Positions 47,201-57,748 of a stretch of DNA of 64,000 nucleotides are shown here, piece by piece; the stretch's first letter is position 1, and every line of letters starts with the position of its first letter. The stretch is taken from IMG/VR virus record IMGVR_UViG_3300042516_004060; one strand, given 5' to 3'. The notes under the pieces are model-generated. The model saw only the letters and a program-made list of their open reading frames with translations. It ran no database searches and was not told the origin of the DNA. A program made the translations under genes and the position numbers. The DNA comes from an uncultured virus (IMG/VR IMGVR_UViG_3300042516_004060) (lineage: Duplodnaviria; Heunggongvirae; Uroviricota; Caudoviricetes).

Positions 47201-50200
47201 AATGGACAATAGGAGTAAAAGATAACGTCTCTGACACTAAGGTGTCTTTGTACAATTTAGCTCAACATTTCATTAGATATATAGCCAGTTCTCTAAGCGG
47301 TCTATATAATCCAGAAAAGTTTGGAGACCTATATGATGGTGATGTATTAAATACATTCCTTAGCAAGATATGGCCAGCTGGAACATTTTCTGGAATAAAT
47401 TCACCTATGACTGGACTAAGAATGTTTGCCACAAGATACGCTAGTACTTATGCTAGTAAAATTTTTATACTTAATTCTAGTATAGATGCAGCAACATCAG
47501 GGTCGCCGTCTTCTAATAATTCGCAAAGATATATAGGGATTAAAAACAACTATGTAAGATATATTCAATATACATTAAATTGTCAAGCATCAAACATAGG
47601 CCTTACAAAAAAACTTGCAATAGATGGGGAATATGGACCTAAAGTTTCATCAGCAGTTTTATTATTTCAAAGAAAAAAATCTGTTAGTTTTTTTGATGGG
47701 GTAGTAGACTCTGAAACTAAATCTGTATTAGCTCATTTTTGGTTAGATTTGAAAATTAATAATCCAGATCAACTTCAGCAATTAATAAATGAAGCACCAG
47801 ATGATGAAGTAAAAGAATACATATATTCTGCAATTGCATTCTCGGATATATCATCTGTTGGCAATTCAGAGTACAGAAGAATTAGTTTTACTGGAACAAA
47901 AGGATCGTCATACATTAATGATTATATAATTGTAAAAGTTCCAGATGGTACACAAACGCTTCACGGTTTTTATTTTGTTTCTGGACAATGGAAAACAAAA
48001 GTAAAACACGTTTATTTATATGATAAAGATCTTGTTTCTGGGGGAAAACATGTAATTCCAAACTATGGAAGAACATCAATTAAACCATTTTCCAATAGGC
48101 CGATTAATGTCACAGTACCAGAAAACGATGCTTACTACATTGATATAGCAGAGCGAAAAGGAATTAAGTATGTGATGCTTGAACTAGTAGGTGAAAAGAT
48201 TAACGAACATGGACCCTATGCAGAGGGATTTTCTATTGGCGATATTATATTTGACGTTACAGTAAATGAAACTGTGCAAGTTTTTGAAGACGAACAGGGG
48301 GCAGTTTCGGGATACGCAGAAGGTAAAATAAAAGGAACTGCTACAATAGATGCAAATGGATACTCTGTAGTCGATTTAAATAGGCCATTGAATCTAGTTG
48401 CTAATACTGCATCCAGTAGCACTTTGACTATAAGCGAGATATCTTTTAATAATATATACGTAGATGCAGAAGATTTAGTACATCTACAGACTGATAGATA
48501 TGTGAATCCAAACTATAATTCAACTACGCCATTTTATTTTTATCAAAATGGAACGCAAAATAATTCCCTTATTACTTACTCATTAAATAATCAAAATCTT
48601 AATTTTTCATTACAGCCGGTAAATACAGGAAATATTACGATATCTCAAGTTCCAACTATAACATCAGCACAAAAAACAAATATTTCACCAGCTTCATCAG
48701 AATCAATAGCTAATTTTTCTGTAGCCGCAGCAAACACTTCAAATAAATATGTTCTATCCTCCGTAAATAATAAGTCTTTTAATTTACAAACAGATCCAGT
48801 TGTTACTGAAGTTACTTCATACTATTTAGCAGATGCAGATAATATCGCTGCAACCTTAAGAAATAATATATCTACAATTTCAGCAAAAGACGGAATAGTT
48901 GTTTTGGCAAACTCTACCGGACAGCCAATTGGCTTTCCAAATTTTGCATCTCATGCATCCTCAAATTCGGATATAGATGTTACTTTTGGTGATATGGTAT
49001 TAAATTGGAATTTAAATAATGGAACAGAACCACCTGGGATAACCTGGGGGTTTTATAATGTTACAACAAAAAACTTTTATGGTAAAAAAATATCTTATAA
49101 TCAATATATTTCAGGCGGACCAAACAATATCTATATAGCTTTACTTGCATATGACATGGACGGAAATCCTCAAACCGGAAATATATTAAATGGAGATTCT
49201 TTCTCAGTAACACATAGCGCACTGCCAACAAAAATTATAGCCCCTCTTTATTCTGTTAAAGCAAAAGGTTTATCAAAAGTTGGAATATCAGCTCCTCCAG
49301 CTAATTTATCAAAATTTGATTCTTGGTTTATTGGCGTTGGAAGGGGTAAATTCTTTAAGAGTGTTCAAATACCAATTGGGCAATATACAAATTTCTTAAA
49401 AGAGTATGCTGGTAGAAGCTTGAGATGCCTATATGATACGACCTCTTTTGTTTCTAGTTCTTCAGACTTTTTTGGCACTGGTTACTATGATGTTAGAGAA
49501 GAGAATCCAATTGTTGTATCTGATAATGAGATAAAATTAAGACATGGATCTGTTCATGTTTATCAAAGGCAAATAGACAAACAGTCAATAGAAGGAAGAT
49601 TCACGGATGCAAAGCCAATACTGCCTTGGTTAAAGGTGGAAATTTATAATTCTTCAACGAATTCTTGGCTATTAATAGATGAGAATTTAATTCTTGACTA
49701 TAATAAAAATACAGGAAATATTATTTTTAAAAAAGAAATAGTTCCTTCAAATGAAAAAAATATAAGAGTTACCTATGTTGTAAAAAATAGAGATATAATT
49801 ATTAGGCACATAAATGGATCTGAAATAGCAATTAACCCATTTAGTCCTGTTTCAGATATCTCTGATAAACCAATATATATATATCTTTTACCTACAAAAA
49901 TAGAGTATATTGATAAGCCAGAGTATTCAAGGACTATTAATTATTCTTACAGCTCTTCAATAAATTCAAGCTCAAACTATAATATATTTGATCCAAGCAA
50001 AGCTGAGTATAATCCACTAGCCCTTCTCCTTGGAACCATCAATATAATTAGCAAAAATGATTTTGATAATATTAATTTCTTAGACTTAAGAGTTAGAGGT
50101 GGGGGAACTTCAGGAGTGCATGACGAAAAGACTCTTGCAAAACTAGACCAAAATGTAGCGTCTTTTTCTGATATTTACACAGGAAAAGGATATATATATC

Positions 50201-50355
50201 CAAACGGCGGATATGTAATAGTTAAAATACCAAAAGAAGTTAAAAATTATTTTGACTCAGAAGAGCAACTATACTCAATTGTAAGGTCAAACTTAACAGC
50301 AGGAGTTAGTTTCGATATACAAGATCTAGATGGAAATGACTGGAGAACATTATAA
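44224..50355 (+). CDS. Large baseplate / tail structural protein with an internal peptidoglycan-binding domain
   Basis: Likely start is ATG 44224. VRYIQYTLN...IDGEYGPKVSSAVLLFQRKK...DGVVDSET (about 47550-47730) matches the PG_binding_1 pattern. Confidence 0.65.
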   Translation: MRIFENKTDNKKENAIKKGTVVPKGAVNLGWYSSDEISPANSLSVVDFSQNIPEATVPASLVETDSIMYADEFGVLRYAQSDPYRSQLKHSPILPSAEVSISDKVLDLSSQDGLNFTTSIDNLSTKIFAHSYYVSNHFIIQNNDFPVFTKIISSLPVENPDSLNIKVVDQNGIKYQNENGEERYKIILEKYLPNGGNILASTSFYRIIVLLEDINPSNLSLVYDKYEITSDSLPKNQFLGYKETINSVNLYEQVQEEAEVVDFSSEDKRVYAVQMFSHKENNLLKHKNDEPGWKAYVPRKAFQDPRTFQSFNWRVVAKINYDYGLIQGRTSPIVRAAVIKRSSESRTQYPYVFSNLEQFNINSQRLIMQNPASPNVTDKNLASYWEVSLLDPNIQNYNYDILFWCPTSAILQEEYIAIRRLLSNGTSVFIDCSNLDISSSSSSGLSLFGVNYSAQNRSSGLLKLSSSYSNGKTTFNGWNMPEYSHSTGNETYGIFGIRKSLINSQLSQIKSFSNSSDWTNAESSTIAYLQDGSSYYSVIFKKNYISDQNTSSSTTQMPQGVYFCSNAIGTYLNDSYVNSVIGTSVANTGDRNGLTFSSSSINSITEGPAKLFYNIVLESIKNKNISSTSVQSQSSILWSVSPWRTSWTINGRKINNKINILTDKEKQDYNFSEKTEITTDANAQAASTKFCRQISSSLANVFDLDFGQNSSINSSIVNRDYSNVTFYIECTNPNVEFLNFGSLGNDQYFYSNNRSPYSVYKLSTAAKNQMQLARTVGIDAHSKVNSAEIDFSLVHYPYILVDESEYTSLISDNKKIPSRYLGDTQLVKNYDFSLKNEFSVTKVTETTSTYSVSWEAPFSVKMQGTGVVKNAIVRNENRTARIERSISDVAENYLTISNVNSPFNKMKYSSKIFSRTDILAIDQDSTIVTQNNFHYTDDIPRSKRTLGYKVKYLTDSNDNNTETMTYSASKFTAFESSFIDPTSLEALENGHGKWTIGVKDNVSDTKVSLYNLAQHFIRYIASSLSGLYNPEKFGDLYDGDVLNTFLSKIWPAGTFSGINSPMTGLRMFATRYASTYASKIFILNSSIDAATSGSPSSNNSQRYIGIKNNYVRYIQYTLNCQASNIGLTKKLAIDGEYGPKVSSAVLLFQRKKSVSFFDGVVDSETKSVLAHFWLDLKINNPDQLQQLINEAPDDEVKEYIYSAIAFSDISSVGNSEYRRISFTGTKGSSYINDYIIVKVPDGTQTLHGFYFVSGQWKTKVKHVYLYDKDLVSGGKHVIPNYGRTSIKPFSNRPINVTVPENDAYYIDIAERKGIKYVMLELVGEKINEHGPYAEGFSIGDIIFDVTVNETVQVFEDEQGAVSGYAEGKIKGTATIDANGYSVVDLNRPLNLVANTASSSTLTISEISFNNIYVDAEDLVHLQTDRYVNPNYNSTTPFYFYQNGTQNNSLITYSLNNQNLNFSLQPVNTGNITISQVPTITSAQKTNISPASSESIANFSVAAANTSNKYVLSSVNNKSFNLQTDPVVTEVTSYYLADADNIAATLRNNISTISAKDGIVVLANSTGQPIGFPNFASHASSNSDIDVTFGDMVLNWNLNNGTEPPGITWGFYNVTTKNFYGKKISYNQYISGGPNNIYIALLAYDMDGNPQTGNILNGDSFSVTHSALPTKIIAPLYSVKAKGLSKVGISAPPANLSKFDSWFIGVGRGKFFKSVQIPIGQYTNFLKEYAGRSLRCLYDTTSFVSSSSDFFGTGYYDVREENPIVVSDNEIKLRHGSVHVYQRQIDKQSIEGRFTDAKPILPWLKVEIYNSSTNSWLLIDENLILDYNKNTGNIIFKKEIVPSNEKNIRVTYVVKNRDIIIRHINGSEIAINPFSPVSDISDKPIYIYLLPTKIEYIDKPEYSRTINYSYSSSINSSSNYNIFDPSKAEYNPLALLLGTINIISKNDFDNINFLDLRVRGGGTSGVHDEKTLAKLDQNVASFSDIYTGKGYIYPNGGYVIVKIPKEVKNYFDSEEQLYSIVRSNLTAGVSFDIQDLDGNDWRTL

Positions 50356-53022
50356 TGTTAACTGAATTGAATGATCAAATAACTTCCTTTAGTTCTCAAT
50401 CAAAAAAAAAGATAGCTTCAATACTTTCTGAAAGTTTAATAGAAAAAAATGAATTATCAAATTTAATTTCTAAAGTTTCTTCTTTTACTAGTCCAGCTTC
50501 GTATTCTCCAAGAACTGTTAGGCCATTAGAGGTTACTCAAAAAGAATCTATAATTGATATTTTTAGAGACGTAGATCTAAGAATTAAAACTCAGTATGAT
50601 GTTTCAAATTCTCTATCTCTTCTTGCTTCCTCTATGTCAAATCTTTTTGGTGGAGAATTATCAAAAATAGAAAAAGATCTCAATTATTTAGAAGCTTATA
50701 TGGATAAGTATTCTTTTATTTCTGGAGAAGATGATTTATACAATTCTTCTTTTATAGAAAACTTTGACAATAATATGAATTCTTATGAAAATGATCAAGT
50801 AATAATAAAATTGTCTGACCGAGATCGGTGTTGAGTTTGTGCAGCAACAATATGGGTACGTTGATCCTATTCAAGGGTCATTAAAATTTTCGTCATCCTC
50901 AACCCCTCAATTGCAAGCATCCGCTTTGTCACAAGACAAAGTAAAGTCTATTACCTATGAAACTAACTTTTCAAAAGAATATATATCTTCCGATACAGGG
51001 ATAGAGCAACTTCTTAATATATTAAATCAAAAATCTTGGAGTTTAACAGCTAAATCGCCGTTTGTGATAAAGGATTCTATATTCGACAATCCAAAGTATT
51101 CAAGCTATAGAAACAATGTGTTTGTTGACCCATCTGCTCAAGTTGCTATAACAATAGAATTAAATAGCTTTTATAAAATAGCAAAAGCTAGATTGTTTTC
51201 TAACGCTTTCAGCAATCTTCAACTATGTCAGGTCATTGTTGAGACAAAAGGTGTTCAACAAGGATCTCAAACTTCAGCTGCAACAGTTAAAAAAGCTTTA
51301 ATGACAGAAACAAAGACATTAAAAAATGTAATTGATTTTGATTTTGATCAAACTTATATGATTAAATCAATAACTTTAATAATTGCTCAAAGATCTTACA
51401 CTAGAAAGAAAAACGTTCCAATACAATCAGAGGTAAATTCAAAAATTATTTCTGCTATTGTATCTGAAATAAGAGCACAAAGAAAACTAGAACATGACAG
51501 CTTGCAAGACTATGTTATTAAATTCTTTTTAAATGAAAGTCAAAATTCTTATATATTAAGAAATAAAAAATTGTATTCTTATAATTATACAAAATACTAT
51601 CCAACACCTTTGAGTAAAATGAACTTTGGAGTAGTAGAAAAATTAAATAACAATTCATACTATTCAGATATGGATAGTTTTAATAAATTTAAAAACACAT
51701 CTTTAATATCAAATATGATATTTTCAATAATAACTTATACACTAGGTTCAAAGCTAAAAAATAGTTCTAGCTCAACATATATTGAATCTAACTTAATAGA
51801 TAAAGTAAAGTCGATAAGATCTTTTAATTTCTCTGGATTAATTCCTCTTGGTGACTCAAACATAGTTGATTCAAATATGCACTTCTTTGAGAATAGTTAT
51901 GGTTCATACTCAAAAGAAGATGCATTGCAACTATTAAGTGGCACTGAAGAGATTAATACATATGAATACAATTTTTCTTTTGGAAACATCTGCCTGTATG
52001 AGGCACAGCCTTCTCAGGCTGCCCCAGTTAATCAAGCAAATAAATCAGTTTTTGTAAGTAAAAGAATATCAACAAAAGGTAGAGCATTAAAAGCAAAGAT
52101 GTTAGTAGATTATTTTAATGATTTAAATAAAAGTACTAGTGAATTTTTAAATCAAAAAACTTCAATAGAATATTCAGTATCGATTGCAGCATCACCATCA
52201 AATGAGTCTGATTGGATACCAATTATTCCATTTAATGAAAGTTCTGTTAAGCAAGAGATTTTGTTCTTTAATAATTCCACAGCTATACTAAGATTTGTTC
52301 CACTGCCAGAGTCTGTTCTTGTTTATGAAAACAATATAAAGATTGACTTTTCTAGATATACGGTTCTAGGAAAGCAAATAAGAATTTCTAATTACGATAA
52401 TAATAAAAAATATTATGTTTCGTATACGCCAGACAATTTAAATTCAAATAAAGAAATAGAACTTCACAGTAAGTATCTGTCAAATCCAGTTCTAATTACT
52501 CCATCATACAATGGGTCAAATGGAGAAAGCTTTGCAGCTGCAAGAAGAACAAAGGTTTCATTAAGAAACGATCCATATGTTGATTACTCTAAATTTCAAA
52601 ACGCTTCGTATTCTAATTTTATTGGAACAGTTACCTCCTCCTCTACATCAAGCGGATCTTATGACTACTCTTCTTATTCTCCAATAAAAATAATATTTGA
52701 AGATGGAAAAACTGCAATTAATATAACAAATTATATATTAGACAACTATGAAATAGAATCTTTTTATGAAACAGATGAAATTTTATTCCTACATTATGGG
52801 GATACTATAACATTTAATAAAGAAGTAACCTCTGGCTTTAGGGTAATGTACCAGTATGTACCAGATTCTTTTAGGTACAGGGTTGTCATGAGGTCTTTGG
52901 ACAACACCGCAGAAAATTATTCTGTGGATAGATTAATATTTAAATTTTCTTCTGAAAAAAGAGATCAATTGCTGATTAATCTTGTAAAACATGATAATAT
53001 ATTTAAGAATAAAGTAAATTAG
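50355..53022 (+). CDS. Structural (baseplate or fibre) protein, about 888 aa, joined across a +1 shift at CGG 50826
   Basis: TAATG-coupled start. The 159 and 727 aa ORFs fuse as KLSDRD-G-VEFVQQQYGY. The fused length and layout match the uninterrupted paralogues at 53032 and 55555. Confidence 0.65.
50826..50829 (+). other. CGGN +1 recoding site 11 (GAT CGGT GTT)
   Basis: In frame with 50355 (offset 471); the +1 frame is that of ORF 50839. Confidence 0.75.
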
Positions 53023-53031
53023 GAAAAAAAT

Positions 53032-55551
53032 ATGGCTCAACTATCTACAGATACATTAGTATATACACAGATAATTTCAAAAGTTCAAGATTTTTTAACG
53101 CGATATTCTACTAATAAATTTGCAAGCACTAAAGATTTTGATGAGGCTTATAAAAAACTGCTTACAGAAATAGAAAAATCAGTTGGAATACCTTCATCAA
53201 AAATAGATTTTTTTCATAAAGGTGAAATACCATCTTCTACAAAGTTTAATAATTTTTCTATTAATATTTCAAATGATATTAATATAGTTTCGAACCAACT
53301 AGATTCTTTAGTAGCTAACTATGTTAATTATTTTAACATGATAACAACTGAAGTTGAATCTGAAAAACAGTTTATGGACAGAATTAAATCTAAGTTATCA
53401 GTTTTAGAAATGTATTCTGAAAGCTCGGCAAGCAACATATCGTATTTTGGCGATGCTTTAAACAATCTGGATCACGTAGATTCTCGTAAAATACCGGCAG
53501 GATTAATGCCTAGTGTTGAAGGCGGTTTTGCATCTCTACCAAAAAAACAATTAAAAAAGAGTATGGCAAAAGTTTCAGTTGTAAATCAAAATTATAATGA
53601 TAGACAAATAAAAGATGTTGCATTTGTAGACATTTCAAATGGACTATTTGGTAATCACTTTTTGTATTTTGATGATAACGCAAATAATAATCCATTTATA
53701 TACGAAAAAGACTCGCCTGTAATTAGGACGAATCAAAATGCTATGGTAGACGAAAGCCCTGCGACATATTTTGAATATGAAGCCATAGATGTATTACAGC
53801 CAATACAGGAATCTCAACAGTATGAATTTCAATATAGGTCATCTAATTCTGGAGTTAATCAAAACTTAATTAACTGGGCTTCATTTGACACTTCTCAATC
53901 ACTTAAGTTGACAGTAATGCTTCAAACAAATTCTGTTTCTGGAGCTGATATTAATTATATATCTATAGTTCCATTTTTTGGGTATGATAGAATTGATTTA
54001 ATTAAAAATATTAAAGTTTCTTCAATTAAATTGTATAATGAAAAAGATAATAAAGTTTTTGTTTTATTTGAAAATGAAAATATTTATATAGGATCAGACA
54101 TAGCTGCTCCAAATCTTTCATCAAAAAATAAATACTTCTACAATAAAGGAGTATTTAAATTCGAAAATATAAAGGCAAATAAAGTATTTATCACTTTTGA
54201 GCAGCAATCTTTTAATAATGTTGATATTAAACACACATATTGGAAGCCATATGAAACAAGGCAATTAGCTAATACTCCTTTAACTTCATCGTCTTGGAAG
54301 AATCAAGATAGATTTGATCCACGCGGAATAGTTTCTGGTGACCCAACGATAAGAGTTGAAGATGTTTCATGGGATAGCTCTGTGGTAGTTCCATTTTTTT
54401 CCAAGCCATCAGAATATAAAAGCGCAGCTCAAGACTTAAGACCAGCAATTATTAAGTACTTACAGCAAACAAACAAAAATGTTGACAGAGTAAAGTACAC
54501 AGGAGTGCCTAACAATACTTATTACTACTACACTTCAAAAGATAATCTTAACGGATGCAATTTTAGAGTCTTTACTAAGGACAAAGCCCAAGCACTTAAA
54601 GATGGTTCAGCATCCTCTTCTGCCTCAACGGTAAAAACAAGAATATTAGAAGATCTATCTAATGAAAATGCAACAGGAAGAATCGCTATATTTGTTGACG
54701 GTACTGAAAATCTTTCTGAATATACTTCTTCTTTAAAAAATAAAATTGTTTCAAGCTCTACTTCAACTTTGGTTACAACTTTTATTACCCAACAAACTCA
54801 CGGATTAAGCGTTGACGATTATGTTTATATTAATATCAGTGCAGATTATGCAAAACAAATAAAGATGTCTCAGATTACAAGAAAAAAGTACAAGGTTACT
54901 GCAGTAAATGCGGGAGCTAAATCATTCTCTGTTGCAACTACAGCTGAAGATTATTCATCAGTTAATTTAGATAATTCATTTTTTTATAAGATTAATAACA
55001 CATTTACTGATGCAAATACATTGGTAGAAACATCTAGCGAAGCAGAATCTTCTTTATCTAATAAGTCTCTTTTTTTAAAGAGAAATTTTGAATATCTTAA
55101 GGCAAAAAGAGCAGCAATTGGCATAAGAGATATATATGTTGGTAGTGAGAAGTATACTGATAGTTGCCAGTTAGTGTCTAAGCCACATTATATTTACGGA
55201 TCACTCCAGATGCTGAGTCTTAATGTTGATGAATTCTTGCCTGTTGAAAGAGACTCTGCTGGTGAAATAATAGCTAAAACAAATATAGACTATTATATAA
55301 GCGTTGACAATGGAGCCAGCTGGATAGATATATCTCCAATTCAAAGAAGTTTTGAGGGCAAACCAGAAGTAATTGCCTTTAATCAAAATCTATCAAATAA
55401 CGCTGCAATACCTCAAGTAGCTTACTATAATTATCCTGAAGTTCCAAAAAATATTACGTCAATACTATTTAAAGCAGTAATGACTAAAGACAGGTCTTGC
55501 AATAGTACACCAATATTATACTCATACAAATTAGGCGTAAAGGTCATATAG
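53032..55551 (+). CDS. Structural (baseplate or fibre) protein, paralogue family
   Basis: N-terminal coiled coil, then beta-rich domains ending IDYYISVDNGASWIDISP...TPILYSYKL. Confidence 0.6.
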   Translation: MAQLSTDTLVYTQIISKVQDFLTRYSTNKFASTKDFDEAYKKLLTEIEKSVGIPSSKIDFFHKGEIPSSTKFNNFSINISNDINIVSNQLDSLVANYVNYFNMITTEVESEKQFMDRIKSKLSVLEMYSESSASNISYFGDALNNLDHVDSRKIPAGLMPSVEGGFASLPKKQLKKSMAKVSVVNQNYNDRQIKDVAFVDISNGLFGNHFLYFDDNANNNPFIYEKDSPVIRTNQNAMVDESPATYFEYEAIDVLQPIQESQQYEFQYRSSNSGVNQNLINWASFDTSQSLKLTVMLQTNSVSGADINYISIVPFFGYDRIDLIKNIKVSSIKLYNEKDNKVFVLFENENIYIGSDIAAPNLSSKNKYFYNKGVFKFENIKANKVFITFEQQSFNNVDIKHTYWKPYETRQLANTPLTSSSWKNQDRFDPRGIVSGDPTIRVEDVSWDSSVVVPFFSKPSEYKSAAQDLRPAIIKYLQQTNKNVDRVKYTGVPNNTYYYYTSKDNLNGCNFRVFTKDKAQALKDGSASSSASTVKTRILEDLSNENATGRIAIFVDGTENLSEYTSSLKNKIVSSSTSTLVTTFITQQTHGLSVDDYVYINISADYAKQIKMSQITRKKYKVTAVNAGAKSFSVATTAEDYSSVNLDNSFFYKINNTFTDANTLVETSSEAESSLSNKSLFLKRNFEYLKAKRAAIGIRDIYVGSEKYTDSCQLVSKPHYIYGSLQMLSLNVDEFLPVERDSAGEIIAKTNIDYYISVDNGASWIDISPIQRSFEGKPEVIAFNQNLSNNAAIPQVAYYNYPEVPKNITSILFKAVMTKDRSCNSTPILYSYKLGVKVI

Positions 55552-55554
55552 AAT

Positions 55555-57741
55555 ATGTCAATAGAAAATATACAGAAAAAAAGGTTCCTAGAAACAATCT
55601 ATAAAATGTATTATGCCCTTGGCAGTGATCCATCTGATTCTGAAATATCTAATATTTATGGAAGATATTTTTCTAGATTCAATCCAGGATCTTCAGTTAA
55701 CGTCCCGTATGAAGATTTAAACGGGCAGTCAAAGATAGATCAAGATACTCTCAATAAAATTATGGTACATATTATTTATAATATGGATGTTTTATATGAA
55801 TCTTTTTATGAACAGATAGAGGATTTATATTCTATTGTTAATTCTTATAACACCAGAATAGAATCTATCAAATCAAAAAGAGCAGAAATAGAAAAAAGAG
55901 TAGATGATCAATTATTTTCTTTAAGAAATACTGATGGATTTTATTACTCTGTTTCTGAGGCTTTTAATGATTTATCTAAAACAGATATCAACTTAACATC
56001 TGCCGTTGTAGATGTTGAAAATAGAAAGCTAGATATACCAAAGCTTAATTCTGGACTATTTAATTACGTAGGAAATGTTATCAGCAAGTCGTCAAATGCC
56101 GTTGTTGAAACCATATTTGAAGGTGCTGTAGTAAAAACTGAAAATATCTCAATGCAAAACGCTTTTAATGGGCTTAATAATTTTGACTGGAGATACACAT
56201 ACCAATCGTCAACAATAGGTTTATGCACTATAAAAGTAACACTACCAATAAATAATTTAACGCAAAACGTATCTTTAATAGAAGGAAAAATTAATTCTAT
56301 TAAGCCAGTAGATATAGCTGCAATAGTAGTTAATCCAGCTTCTAGATCAAATTCCCTTTCTTTTACAAAGTCAAATACTTTAGATTTTGATAGATTTTCT
56401 TTTTCTTTTCCAGCAATTTCTACAAGCTCAATTGAATTATACTTTACTAAATCAGAGCCAGATAGAGTTATTGCAGGGACTCAAGGAGTTACCTATTCTT
56501 ACGATTTAAGGATAGACGAACTAGTAATATCTTCCCCATATTATGATTCTTCCGCTACCTACGTCAGCCTTCCAATAGGCTTGCCGAGTGATCAAAATGA
56601 AAATCTAATTATAGATAAAGTTGTTTTGGATACGAAAGACCAAGTTCCAACTGGATCTAGTGTTAAATATTACATAGCGCAGGATAAACCAGGAGCCAAT
56701 AACATATATGACTATGATTGGATATCGATTTCTCCATCAAATGTAATAGATACAATTGATCCAGTTGTAGTTAATTTTTCTGGAACCAACAAAACATCAT
56801 CTTCAATTATAGATTCAGCTACTACATCATCCACTGTTTCTATGGGAAAGATTCCAAGACAAAGCTCATCAAATAATCCAATTGCTAATTATTATTATGA
56901 GTCAGATTCAAGTGAATTAGGATTTGATCTATATAGATTGGCAAAGTTTGCAGCTGGCATAAAGCCATATGACACCTATATTTTGGAAAACGTAGATTCT
57001 AATCAACTGACTATAGACATTGTTAATGGTCAAGAATTAGATAAAACTTCCTGGCAACAGATTTTGTCCGGAACAAGAACAGATATAGTTTACACTTCTT
57101 TTACTAGAACTATTAATAATACTCAAGAGTTTTTTACTGCACAAAATATTCCATATGGAAGTATACGAATAGAAACTAATGTTATGGCAGAGCAAGACAT
57201 TGCTATTACAGAAGCTTTCCTGAAGGATCTATCAGCTCAATATTGGGATGTTAAGATATATTTAAATGGAGTTGATTTAACAGCTAATGAAATTCTTTCT
57301 GCTGGAATACTTTCCGCTAATATAACTTGGTCTTTTAAGAGGGGGCCAAATAACCTTGTTATTATTATTAATAAGTCATCTAATAATACATCAGGAACAA
57401 ACACAGCATTTAACGGCAGCATATCAATACTAGAAAATAGATCTATATTGTCATTAAATGGTATAAAATGTTATAAAAATTATTTGTATGAAGTAAAAAC
57501 AGAAGATTTAAGAAATTACTATTCTAATAAAGACAATGTATTTTCTATTATACAATATGAAAATGTATACGAAATAGTATACAGAAGATCAGAAGAGATA
57601 ATATCTGGTAGTAGAGTGTATTATAATTACAATACAGACAATGATGTAAGTTCGATTAGAGTAAGAGTAGATCTCTTTAGGGGATCAAACGTCTATACGG
57701 GTCCATCAATCAATTCGTATACAGTTAAGTTTAGGCATTAG
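55555..57741 (+). CDS. Structural (baseplate or fibre) protein, paralogue family
   Basis: Same layout: coiled coil, SEAFND, VKYYIAQD...WISISP...GPSINSYTVKF. Confidence 0.6.
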   Translation: MSIENIQKKRFLETIYKMYYALGSDPSDSEISNIYGRYFSRFNPGSSVNVPYEDLNGQSKIDQDTLNKIMVHIIYNMDVLYESFYEQIEDLYSIVNSYNTRIESIKSKRAEIEKRVDDQLFSLRNTDGFYYSVSEAFNDLSKTDINLTSAVVDVENRKLDIPKLNSGLFNYVGNVISKSSNAVVETIFEGAVVKTENISMQNAFNGLNNFDWRYTYQSSTIGLCTIKVTLPINNLTQNVSLIEGKINSIKPVDIAAIVVNPASRSNSLSFTKSNTLDFDRFSFSFPAISTSSIELYFTKSEPDRVIAGTQGVTYSYDLRIDELVISSPYYDSSATYVSLPIGLPSDQNENLIIDKVVLDTKDQVPTGSSVKYYIAQDKPGANNIYDYDWISISPSNVIDTIDPVVVNFSGTNKTSSSIIDSATTSSTVSMGKIPRQSSSNNPIANYYYESDSSELGFDLYRLAKFAAGIKPYDTYILENVDSNQLTIDIVNGQELDKTSWQQILSGTRTDIVYTSFTRTINNTQEFFTAQNIPYGSIRIETNVMAEQDIAITEAFLKDLSAQYWDVKIYLNGVDLTANEILSAGILSANITWSFKRGPNNLVIIINKSSNNTSGTNTAFNGSISILENRSILSLNGIKCYKNYLYEVKTEDLRNYYSNKDNVFSIIQYENVYEIVYRRSEEIISGSRVYYNYNTDNDVSSIRVRVDLFRGSNVYTGPSINSYTVKFRH

Positions 57742-57748
57742 GAAGTTT

